Assembly: GCA_029856435.1 (NCBI GenBank)
Contig: JAHQXB010000161.1
Span: forward strand, 1 to 14,027
DNA: 14,027 bases
From: Candidatus Jordarchaeia archaeon
GTDB lineage: Archaea; Asgardarchaeota; Jordiarchaeia; Jordiarchaeales; Jordiarchaeaceae
Direction of reading: 5' to 3'
Shown here: positions 1 through 7,076 of the stretch, one piece after another
Layout: every line of letters begins with the position of its first letter
How positions within the stretch are numbered: the first letter of the stretch is position 1
The notes under the pieces: generated by a model
What the model was told of the DNA's origin: nothing
Databases searched by the model: none
The model's input: the letters and a program-made list of their open reading frames with translations, nothing else
Position numbers and translations under genes: made by a program

Positions 1-126
1 GGTGGCACACCCCCAACTTCTAAGGTGGAATGGAATGAAGTGGGAGCCTAAAAAGGGCAACGAACAACAAACCTATGAGAACCTTAGAAGCAAGAATCTC
101 CCGGCTTCAGCCGTGGAGAGTGTCAA
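1..126 (+). mobile_element. Right end of an IS200/IS605-family (tnpB-carrying) insertion sequence; the element extends left of the window
   Basis: GAAT (94-97), then a hairpin TCTCC-CGGC-[TTCA]-GCCG-(T)-GGAGA (97-119), then terminal TCAA (123-126). This is the guide/hairpin/cleavage-site layout known for the IS608 right end (guide GAAT, cleavage TCAA). Confidence 0.85.
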
Positions 127-133
127 TGCTTAA
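2..133 (+). CDS. tnpB: C-terminal tail of TnpB (5'-truncated by the window; possibly frameshifted)
   Basis: Frame +2 reads VAHPQLLRWNGMKWEPKK..., stop at 131-133. Frame +3 from 54 reads RATNNKPMRTLEARISRLQPWRVS. Both resemble archaeal TnpB tails as I recall them and lie inside the IS right end. No RuvC motif is visible in the window. Confidence 0.5.
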   Translation: MAHPQLLRWNGMKWEPKKGNEQQTYENLRSKNLPASAVESVNA

Positions 134-405
134 GGATTGTCCACGCTAAATTAATGAATAAATTGAGCACACCTTCTGTAATAGTTTCAAAATGAGTAGA
201 TTTAGTCTGATGCTCCATTTCCCGAATAAAATTTCGGCAGAGGGTATATCTTATAGTCAATATTTGTGGATGGTTCTATAACTGTTTATAAGGTTATGGG
301 GGCGGGTAGGAGGCTTTGAATTTAGAGTTAATGTGTTTGGTGTAAGTTCCTGTAATGTTGGCCTATTTTTGATGGGGGGGTTGGTTCTAATCTCTGTTTA
401 ATGTT

Positions 406-470
406 CGAAAGTTTTATTAACTATAATATTATTGTCTTTTACTGTAATATATTGTTATTGACTGTAATAT
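406..470 (+). promoter_or_regulatory. Archaeal promoter (BRE CGAAAG 406-411, TATA TTTTATTA 412-419) with three phased direct repeats ACT(A/G)TAATAT, a probable operator
   Basis: Repeats at 420-429 (ACTATAATAT), 441-450 and 461-470 (ACTGTAATAT), spaced 21 and 20 bp, directly upstream of a wHTH gene. Confidence 0.55.
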
Positions 471-484
471 TTTGGTGTGTAAAA

Positions 485-808
485 TTGTGTGTTGAAAGCC
501 GCTCAGACGAGAGATTGAGCAAGTTGCAGAATCTAATGAGGGTGCTTCACTGTCCAACACGGTGGTTAATAATTGACTTCATAGGTGAAGGGGCTAAAAG
601 CACCAGGGAAATATATGAATATTTAATAGCTAACAATGAAAAACTAACACCCTCCGGACTGTATTACCACTTATCAGAATTAAAGAATGGGGAAATCATT
701 GAGGTCGCTGAATACAAGGAGGAAGGCGGTGGAGCTCCAGAAAAGGTTTGGAGACTAAAAAAGAAGAGGATAGTAATTGATTTACTAAAACCCAGAGGAG
801 ATGAGTAA
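485..808 (+). CDS. Winged-helix (ArsR-like) transcriptional regulator; probable TTG start at 485 rather than ATG 401
   Basis: LHCPTRWLIIDFI...STREIYEYL...TPSGLYYHLSELKNGEIIEV...EKVWRL fits a wHTH. The first 28 codons of the tracked ORF overlap the promoter and repeats. GGTG SD-like motif at 474-477 precedes TTG 485. Confidence 0.8.
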   Translation: MCVESRSDERLSKLQNLMRVLHCPTRWLIIDFIGEGAKSTREIYEYLIANNEKLTPSGLYYHLSELKNGEIIEVAEYKEEGGGAPEKVWRLKKKRIVIDLLKPRGDE

Positions 809-1016
809 AGTGTGCAGAATTGGAACAGGTAAGTTCCACGAAACGTTGGGTATATGTGGATGTTATAGTCCTTATGTGGAAACAGAATTTAAAGGAAGCC
901 TAGAAGACACCTTGACAAAAAAGGAAAGAATAGAGATTTTGAAGGATTATCGGAGAATCTTGGAAAAGGAGCTTGAAAAAGTGAATGAAGAAATAAAAAA
1001 ACTTGAAGAAGAATGA
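801..1016 (+). CDS. Small protein with an N-terminal CGC motif and a C-terminal coiled coil (DUF5320-like)
   Basis: TKKERIEILKDYRRILEKELEKVNEEIKKLEEE heptad pattern. Overlaps the upstream stop by 8 nt (ATGAGTAA), and the ABC ATPase starts 10 nt after its stop. Confidence 0.7.
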   Translation: MSKVCRIGTGKFHETLGICGCYSPYVETEFKGSLEDTLTKKERIEILKDYRRILEKELEKVNEEIKKLEEE

Positions 1017-1026
1017 AAGCAGGGGG

Positions 1027-1965
1027 ATGAATAGCATTTCGAGAAGTGTCATAGAGGTGGACAACCTCACCAAATATTATGGGGAACTGAGGGCTGTTGA
1101 CCACATAAGCTTCAAAGTGGAGGAAGGAAAAATCTTTGGCTTTCTCGGGCCAAACGGTGCGGGTAAGACAACCACTGTTAGAATGCTTACAGGAGTAATC
1201 AAACCGGATGAGGGGACTGCTCGAATAATGGGATACGATATTCTGAAGGAACCTATAAAAGCCAAAGAGGTTATGGGAATAGTTCCTGAAGCGTCAAATG
1301 CATATGTAGATCTCTCCGCTTGGAGCAACCTTATGCTCATGGGAGAACTCTATGGGATACCGAAAAAAGAAAGAGAACGCAAAGCCGAGGAACTGCTTCA
1401 GAAATTTGGTCTTCAAGAAAGGAAGAATGAGAAAGTAAAAAATTTCTCTAGGGGAATGAAACAGAGACTCCTAATTTGCATGGCGCTGATAAACAGCCCC
1501 CAAATCCTATTTCTGGACGAACCCACAACTGCACTTGATGTTCAGAGCGCTAGGATAATACGAGACATGCTACTTGACCTTAACAGGGGCGGCGCTACCA
1601 TTTTTTTAACCACTCACAATATGGAGGAGGCAAATCTACTGTGTGATGAAGTAGCTATAATTAACCAGGGCAAAATCGCAGCCATCGACAGTCCTGAAAG
1701 GCTAAGAACCAAAATTGGAAGACTGAACGCGGTGGAGGTTAGTTTTACTTCGTCTCCTAATATGGAAAAGTTAGCTGAAATACCTTCAGTAAGGGAGGTT
1801 AAAAAAATAGGGAACAAGGTTAGATTGTACACAAGCAGTCCCGGCCAAGTGATAACCCACCTAGCAGATTACACTAAAGAAAACAACGTACAAATAATAA
1901 CCCTTCAAACTCTTGCCCCAACACTAGAAGACATATTTATTATGCTCATAGAGGCAAGGAAGTGA
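1027..1965 (+). CDS. ABC-2-type (DrrA-like) exporter ATP-binding subunit
   Basis: Walker A GPNGAGKTT, signature FSRGMKQR, Walker B ILFLDEPT, H-loop TTHNMEEA, and a C-terminal extension ending PTLEDIF. Start placed at ATG 1027 (track start 1003 overlaps the upstream gene). Confidence 0.95.
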   Translation: MNSISRSVIEVDNLTKYYGELRAVDHISFKVEEGKIFGFLGPNGAGKTTTVRMLTGVIKPDEGTARIMGYDILKEPIKAKEVMGIVPEASNAYVDLSAWSNLMLMGELYGIPKKERERKAEELLQKFGLQERKNEKVKNFSRGMKQRLLICMALINSPQILFLDEPTTALDVQSARIIRDMLLDLNRGGATIFLTTHNMEEANLLCDEVAIINQGKIAAIDSPERLRTKIGRLNAVEVSFTSSPNMEKLAEIPSVREVKKIGNKVRLYTSSPGQVITHLADYTKENNVQIITLQTLAPTLEDIFIMLIEARK

Positions 1966-1971
1966 ATCAAA

Positions 1972-2727
1972 ATGACACTTAGTAGGGAATACACTAAGCA
2001 AATTAGACGGGCCTTTATACTTGCAAAAAAGGATATGCGCATATACTATTTTAAGGGTCCAGTTATCATCTTTGGAGTGTTAATCCCCCTATTCTTATTC
2101 TTAGCCTTTTCCATAGGAAGAAACATACCTATAAATTCGCTTGTGTCTGGCTTATTGGCAATGACTCTGTTCTTTACCGCAACAGCAGTTAGCCCAGTAA
2201 TCATACCTTGGGAAACCACCATGAGAACCCTTGAGAGACTAGTATCCACGCCAGTCACGCTATCAACAATAATACTAGGAAACATAATCGCCTCATTCAT
2301 CTTTGGAGTCATCATATCCGCGGTACCAATTATAGTAGGAATTATTATGGGAGCAACTATAGAAAATCCCCTAATTCTAATACTGGGCATAATAATCGCA
2401 GCACTATGCTTCTCCAGCATTGGAATACTACTCTCAACACCCCCATCATCCATGCCATCCACCATAATGATGCTCGCCTCATTATTAAAATTCCCCCTAA
2501 TATTTATCAGTGGAATCTTCATACCAGTAGAGCAAATGCCCGGTTGGGGACAGGCATTGGCAACGTTCTCACCACTCACCTACTTTACAGACCTAGCAAG
2601 ACACGCCACACAAGGAATAGGATACTTCCCAATACCCGTAGATATAGGAATACTCATGGCGTTCACCGCAGTCTTCCTCCTTACAGCAATAAAACTCCAT
2701 AAAAGAAACCTATCAAAAAGATTATAG
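1972..2727 (+). CDS. ABC-2-type exporter permease
   Basis: About six hydrophobic segments, E..MRTLERLVSTPV motif, FISGIFIPVEQMPGW and PLTYF motifs; 6 nt after the ATPase stop. Confidence 0.92.
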   Translation: MTLSREYTKQIRRAFILAKKDMRIYYFKGPVIIFGVLIPLFLFLAFSIGRNIPINSLVSGLLAMTLFFTATAVSPVIIPWETTMRTLERLVSTPVTLSTIILGNIIASFIFGVIISAVPIIVGIIMGATIENPLILILGIIIAALCFSSIGILLSTPPSSMPSTIMMLASLLKFPLIFISGIFIPVEQMPGWGQALATFSPLTYFTDLARHATQGIGYFPIPVDIGILMAFTAVFLLTAIKLHKRNLSKRL

Positions 2728-2866
2728 ACTTATTCCCAGTTACCCGTTCCTGTGCCCACAATTTAAGTGACGTCAACTGAAGTCAAAACAAATCTAGCAA
2801 GGATTAAGAAAAAAGAGGGGAAATCTACTGGAGGAAAACAAACAATTACAATTATTGTTAATCATC

Positions 2867-2901
2867 AAAAAAGAAAGGGGGAAATTTTAACTCTCTTTTT
2901 T
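2867..2901. terminator. Possible bidirectional oligo-T terminator region between the convergent ABC operon and acr3
   Basis: A6 tract at 2867-2872 (oligo-T on the minus strand) and CTCTC-T6 at 2891-2901 on the plus strand, partly complementary to each other. Confidence 0.3.
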
Positions 2902-4055
2902 CATCTAGTTATTTCCCTAGGTGCGGGGGTTATTTCCTTTTTGAAGAGTTTGTTTCTGAGCCAGTAGGAAACATTCACCAAGTTTATGAGTACTGGGACC
3001 TCTAGTAGTGGTCCTATAACTGCGGCGAATGCTTGACCTGAAGCTATGCCGAAGACTCCTATGGTTACCGCTATTGCCAGCTCGAAGTTATTGCTTGCAG
3101 CCGTGAAGGCTATGGTCGCCGTACTTTCATAGCTGAATCCCAGATGCCAAGACATCGCGTATGATACGAGGAACATTATGACGAAGTATAGAACTAGTGG
3201 AATTGCAATTCTCAGGACATCGTAGGGAAGCGAAATTATTTTTCCGCCTTGAAGCGAAAACATCATCACCACTGTGAAGAGTAGGCCTATAAGAGCAGTT
3301 GGAGCCAACTTCTTAACGAAATAGCCGTCGTACCATTCTTTTCCCCTCCTCCTTATTAGGGTGTATCTGGTTATCATGCCCGCAAATAGAGGTATGCCCA
3401 AGTAGATTATAACACCTTTAGCTATGTCAATAATGGATACGTTTACTGCTGCCGCTCCAGTCAGGCTCAGTATCCATGAAGGTACTCCCAAAAAGCCCAG
3501 AATCCAGCCTGATTCCGCAAGCCACGTCGGCGTCCCGGTAATTAATGAAGGCAACAGGGTGATGTATATGTAGGCTAGTATGGAGTACATTATCATCTGG
3601 AAAACCGAGTTTAGGGCAACTAAAACTGCGCAGAGTTCACTATCTCCTCTCGCAAGCTGGTTCCAAACAAGTACCATGGCTATGCAGCGAGCCAGCCCAA
3701 CAATTATGAGCCCTATACGGTACTCAGGCATGTCTGGTAGGAAAATCCACGCCAGTACAAACATCAATGCTGGACCAATGATCCAGTTTTGAACAAGGGA
3801 GACCGCGAAGGCCTTCTTAGCTCCTAGGAGTCTCGAGAGTTCCTCATATTTTACTCTGGCAAGGGGCGGGTACATCATCCATATGAGTCCAATAGCGATG
3901 GGCAGTGAAACAGTGTCTAGACGCAGTTCGTTGAGAAATCCAGAGATTTCAGGGAACATGGCACCTAGTAAGACACCTATGGCCATTGCTAGAAAAATCC
4001 ACAGGGTTAGAAACCGGTCTAGGAGTGAAAGCTTTTCGATACTCTTGTTGGACAT
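2901..4055 (-). CDS. acr3: ACR3-family arsenite efflux transporter
   Basis: [35 protein letters not shown] (conserved Cys124) and [11 protein letters not shown] (conserved Glu), [17 protein letters not shown] lies upstream. Confidence 0.95.
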   Translation of the reverse strand: MSNKSIEKLSLLDRFLTLWIFLAMAIGVLLGAMFPEISGFLNELRLDTVSLPIAIGLIWMMYPPLARVKYEELSRLLGAKKAFAVSLVQNWIIGPALMFVLAWIFLPDMPEYRIGLIIVGLARCIAMVLVWNQLARGDSELCAVLVALNSVFQMIMYSILAYIYITLLPSLITGTPTWLAESGWILGFLGVPSWILSLTGAAAVNVSIIDIAKGVIIYLGIPLFAGMITRYTLIRRRGKEWYDGYFVKKLAPTALIGLLFTVVMMFSLQGGKIISLPYDVLRIAIPLVLYFVIMFLVSYAMSWHLGFSYESTATIAFTAASNNFELAIAVTIGVFGIASGQAFAAVIGPLLEVPVLINLVNVSYWLRNKLFKKEITPAPREITR

Positions 4056-4283
4056 GTTGATTTCTCACCTTTTGGGGGATTACCGTATTGATTTTTGGCT
4101 AATTCGCATACTTAATTTATCGATGAATGCAAATATAACGTTGCCACAGTAACTTGCAAATTGGGGTGTTTAAATTTAATGTTATGCCTATCCGCCATGT
4201 GCATAATCTTTATCTGAATCTTTTTAGTTGTGAAAGATGCCTATGCAACATAAATAAATTAATGGTCTTACTATGATAAACAA

Positions 4284-4323
4284 TTATATTTAAGATTATC
4301 GTCTCATATTGATATTTATCAAT
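4284..4323 (+). promoter_or_regulatory. TATA-like element (TTATATTT 4284-4291) and 7-2-7 inverted repeat ATTGATA-TT-TATCAAT (4308-4323), a candidate ArsR operator
   Basis: Perfect inverted repeat over the expected transcription start, 16 nt before the arsR ATG, in the acr3/arsR divergent intergenic region. Confidence 0.55.
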
Positions 4324-4339
4324 TTTAGGAAGTGAATCA

Positions 4340-4726
4340 ATGGAGCGTTTAGCACGCCTAATCGAAGAAGACGAGTGCTCAGCAAAATGCGAAAAATATG
4401 CAGATGAATTAAAGAAACTATCAGAGGAAATGGATAAAACCATACTATGTGAGTTTGGACCCAAGTTTTTTAAAGCCTTAGCGGATCATAATCGTCTAAA
4501 AATTTTGAAAATGCTGGCCGTTAGGGAGATGTGTGTTTGCGAATTAAATGTAGCCTTGGACATTTCTCAGGGAACAATATCGCACCACCTTAAAATTCTT
4601 CAAGAAGCCAAATTAATAAAAGGAAGGGTAAAAGGTAAATGGAATTATTACCGAGTCTACAACGAACAAATTGATAAATTCATCAAAAAAAGCGAACAAG
4701 TTTTAAAAAACATGCAAAAAACGTAA
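4340..4726 (+). CDS. arsR: ArsR/SmtB-family metalloregulatory repressor
   Basis: FKALADHNRLKIL, EMCVCEL (CxC metal-binding helix), SQGTISHHLKIL, GKWNYYR. Divergent from acr3. N-terminal extension carries extra cysteines (ECSAKC, LCEF). Confidence 0.9.
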   Translation: MERLARLIEEDECSAKCEKYADELKKLSEEMDKTILCEFGPKFFKALADHNRLKILKMLAVREMCVCELNVALDISQGTISHHLKILQEAKLIKGRVKGKWNYYRVYNEQIDKFIKKSEQVLKNMQKT

Positions 4727-4736
4727 ATTTTTGGAG

Positions 4737-5774
4737 TTATTTAATTTTGTCCATTTCTTCCATTATGCTTTCTAGGATTTGTTCTTGTGAGGGGGATGTT
4801 TTTGTGAATTTTAGAGTTCCATTAATAATTACGGCGGGTATTAGGGAGTTTTTCCCTGCCTCTATTAGGCCTTTTGAAACCATGGTTCCTGGGGGGCGGG
4901 CCTCTCCTTTTCTCCAGATTCTGAGTTCTATTTTTTGTTCTTCTCCTGACTGTTCAATTGCTTTTTTAACATTTTCCTCAGTCTCTGAGCATATTCCTGT
5001 TGGGGGATTGTCTAAAAGCAGTTCGATTAACAGTTTTCCGTAGGCTAGGGGAGGGATTCCGTAAAGCAGCCATTTTTCTGTTGTGTACTTGGTTTCGAGA
5101 ACTGTTTTAAGGAACTCTTTTTCCTGCGGCGTTAAGTCTCCTTTTACCAGTTTTACTTTGAAGTCGTTAATTATTTTAATGCAGGTGTTCTTGATGAACT
5201 CCTCTTTGGATAAGCTTTCTTTATACCTGTTTTTTATGCTTGTAATTATTCTGGGAAGCAGGTTTAGCCTGTTGGGAACTGTGAAATTTGTATCAAGGTA
5301 AACAACTCCCTGAAAAACGAGTACATCATAGTACCAGAATTGGGTTGCCTGCGAAACAATTTTCCCATCTTCAACTAGATAAAAGGGATCCTCATACATG
5401 CAAGGTACGCCATAGGATCTAACGGCTCTTATTATGGGACTATAAATTGCCGCATAAGTTTCCCGGATATTCTTGGGCAAATCAAAATTCTTCGTGTTGA
5501 TAATGAAGCTGAATATCAGCGTGTTTTCATCGACGTAGAAGCCGGGACCAAGGGTGTGCCTCCTAGCAAGCTCAATTCCATGCTTTTTGAGGACGTCTAT
5601 TTCCTCCTCCTCTAATGCGTCGTCACCAACGCTTAATGTCGGTTTACAACTCCAAAAGTGAATGGTGCTTGGCCCCAGAGAATTATGCACCTGAATCATG
5701 ATTGTTTCATCCATTGCAAATCCGACATGCGGGTTTAAGTGGTCATTAATTATCAGTCTAATTTCATCAGTCAT
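4737..5774 (-). CDS. Lipoate-protein ligase A (BPL/LplA/LipB)-like domain with degenerate active-site motifs, fused to a C-terminal thioredoxin-like domain
   Basis: GFAMDETI, PSTIHFW, LSVG, RRHTLGPGFYVD, DGKIVSQATQ, LTPQE...KYTTEKW follow the order of archaeal LplA motifs. The last ~100 aa (PPTGIC-SETEENVKKAI...IPAVIINGTLKF...PSQEQI) resemble small redox-active disulfide (MTH895-like) proteins. Confidence 0.75.
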   Translation of the reverse strand: MTDEIRLIINDHLNPHVGFAMDETIMIQVHNSLGPSTIHFWSCKPTLSVGDDALEEEEIDVLKKHGIELARRHTLGPGFYVDENTLIFSFIINTKNFDLPKNIRETYAAIYSPIIRAVRSYGVPCMYEDPFYLVEDGKIVSQATQFWYYDVLVFQGVVYLDTNFTVPNRLNLLPRIITSIKNRYKESLSKEEFIKNTCIKIINDFKVKLVKGDLTPQEKEFLKTVLETKYTTEKWLLYGIPPLAYGKLLIELLLDNPPTGICSETEENVKKAIEQSGEEQKIELRIWRKGEARPPGTMVSKGLIEAGKNSLIPAVIINGTLKFTKTSPSQEQILESIMEEMDKIK

Positions 5775-5797
5775 CTCTTGACTCCCATATCGTAATT

Positions 5798-6151
5798 TTA
5801 TTGAGACGGTAACTCCATATCCTTTGTGGTTTCTGATATTCTGCGTAGGTGTTCTAGTATAATTTCATCAACCAGCTTTAGAACGAGAAATATTCGCAGA
5901 TCCTTTACCTTATACTCTACTCTTTGCCCAATTTTTTTGTGCTCTAATATGTTGCAATCTTTTAGGATTTGAATGTGTTGGGAAACAGTAGATTGAGACT
6001 TATAAACGTGGGGCAAAATATCGCATTGGCAGCACTCACCACTCCTCAAAATATCTAGAATCTTCAACCTAGTTACGTCAGCCAAGGCTTTAAACAACTC
6101 AACCCTACTCTTATACAAAAAATCCTCCTTCTTCTCCAAACCTGACCACAT
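5798..6151 (-). CDS. Second ArsR/SmtB-family repressor with a CCxC motif
   Basis: LFKALADVTRLKIL, GECCQCDI, SQSTVSQHIQILK, GQRVEYKV. Confidence 0.88.
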   Translation of the reverse strand: MWSGLEKKEDFLYKSRVELFKALADVTRLKILDILRSGECCQCDILPHVYKSQSTVSQHIQILKDCNILEHKKIGQRVEYKVKDLRIFLVLKLVDEIILEHLRRISETTKDMELPSQ

Positions 6152-6192
6152 TGAAGATTCCTCATTTAAAATAATCCAAATGAGTTATCATG

Positions 6193-6774
6193 CTAAATTT
6201 GGATAACGTGAATCTTCTTCTCAATCTCCGCAGACTTTTCACTATCCAAATACGGGCAAGCGCGGGGAGAATTTTCCCCAGTTGCCAGCTTTATTGCAAA
6301 CCCGTAACATGTGGAAACTCCACACTCCCCACAATCCTTTTTGGGCAAAAATTTATTGAGTTCTATGGGGCTCAACTTAGTTTTACAACTCATCAACTCT
6401 GGAGATATCTTCCCGTGACGATTCACATAGATAGAAGCGCGATTCAAAAGATCCTTAACATATCTCAAAACGTTTTCGGCTTCTTCCCTATCCTTAAGAT
6501 TTGTAACAGTTATTTTCCCCGCACCAAAAATTGTGATTAGATGTTCCTGAAACATGAAGCTCATAGATTCTGACTGCTTATTATATGTGGCCTGGGGAAG
6601 GTAAAGGTAAAGGGCGGGAAGCAAATCATCCAGATTTTCACTAGTGGTTCCCACAACCCTTATCCTCTCAGAGCTTGTCAAACAGGGAAGAACTTCAGAT
6701 ATTTTAATCTCCTTCACTCTGGGGGGAATAAGTAAATTAATTAAGGAAGACCCCTTTTGCCCACCATCAACCAT
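6193..6774 (-). CDS. Fe-S-binding protein (COG4871-like): N-terminal PCL motif domain plus C-terminal putative Fe-S domain (PF04060-type)
   Basis: C-terminal LPKKDCGECGVSTCYGFAIKL...CPYL (CxxCxxxxC...C, as in the CdhE/RnfB N-terminal Fe-S domain); N-terminal VLPCL...RIRVV...LP.LYL. Start set at ATG 6774, about 7 nt after a GGAGG SD; the track gives GTG 6795. Confidence 0.8.
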   Translation of the reverse strand: MVDGGQKGSSLINLLIPPRVKEIKISEVLPCLTSSERIRVVGTTSENLDDLLPALYLYLPQATYNKQSESMSFMFQEHLITIFGAGKITVTNLKDREEAENVLRYVKDLLNRASIYVNRHGKISPELMSCKTKLSPIELNKFLPKKDCGECGVSTCYGFAIKLATGENSPRACPYLDSEKSAEIEKKIHVIQI

Positions 6775-6884
6775 AATCATATCCTCCATTGACACACGTA
6801 CCTAAACAACGGTATTTTTCTACCCACATTTCTAACCAGTTAAAAGATCATCAACTCCTACTACATTGAATATAGAAAAAAACA

Positions 6885-6896
6885 CATTTAAATATT
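6885..6896 (-). promoter_or_regulatory. TATA box (AATATTTAAATG) for the Fe-S/ArsR/LplA-like operon
   Basis: Reads CAATATTTAAATG on the minus strand ~110 nt upstream of ATG 6774. The same AATATTTAAAT core occurs near 7427 and 11517. Confidence 0.4.
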
Positions 6897-7076
6897 GCTA
6901 TATAATAATATACTAATATAACAGCATAACTTAAACCAAAAACAAAAAGATTGAACCAGCAACACAAAACGCCAAAAAAGAATTCTCATAGGTATAAGAT
7001 TCTGCAAATCCTAAACCTTAATTCAGTAGTATCTGAATACTAAGCACCTACAGGTAGAAGAGCCCCCCGTTTCAAA

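Larger units (their letters stand above)
1..146 (+). ncRNA. Predicted 3' part of the TnpB reRNA/omegaRNA scaffold plus flanking guide (about 127-146, TGCTTAAGGATTGTCCACGC)
   Basis: TnpB guide RNAs derive from the element right end and read into the flanking DNA (established). The hairpin and TCAA boundary are visible; expression and exact ends are inferred. Confidence 0.45.

Noticed and set aside
401-484. Hydrophobic N-terminal extension on the wHTH (apparent membrane anchor)
   Set aside because: It overlaps the BRE/TATA and the phased repeats; AT-rich DNA translates as hydrophobic; a better start (TTG 485 with SD) exists.
889-2702. Alternative-frame ORFs 889-1104, 1077-1340, 1614-1832, 2046-2579, 2406-2702
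   Set aside because: Shadows of well-supported ABC genes, with no recognisable motifs.
2767-2967. 66-aa plus-strand ORF
   Set aside because: Low-complexity Lys-rich translation, overlaps the acr3 3' end and terminator-like tracts.
3580-6540. ORFs 3580-3792, 3883-4152, 4210-4464, 4747-5043, 5083-5301, 6190-6540
   Set aside because: Antisense shadows of acr3, arsR, the LplA-like gene and the Fe-S gene.
6767-6829. 20-aa minus-strand uORF MWVEKYRCLGTCVNGGYDYG overlapping the Fe-S gene start (possible Cys-sensing leader)
   Set aside because: No SD directly upstream, and an ORF this short is expected by chance; would need ribosome profiling.
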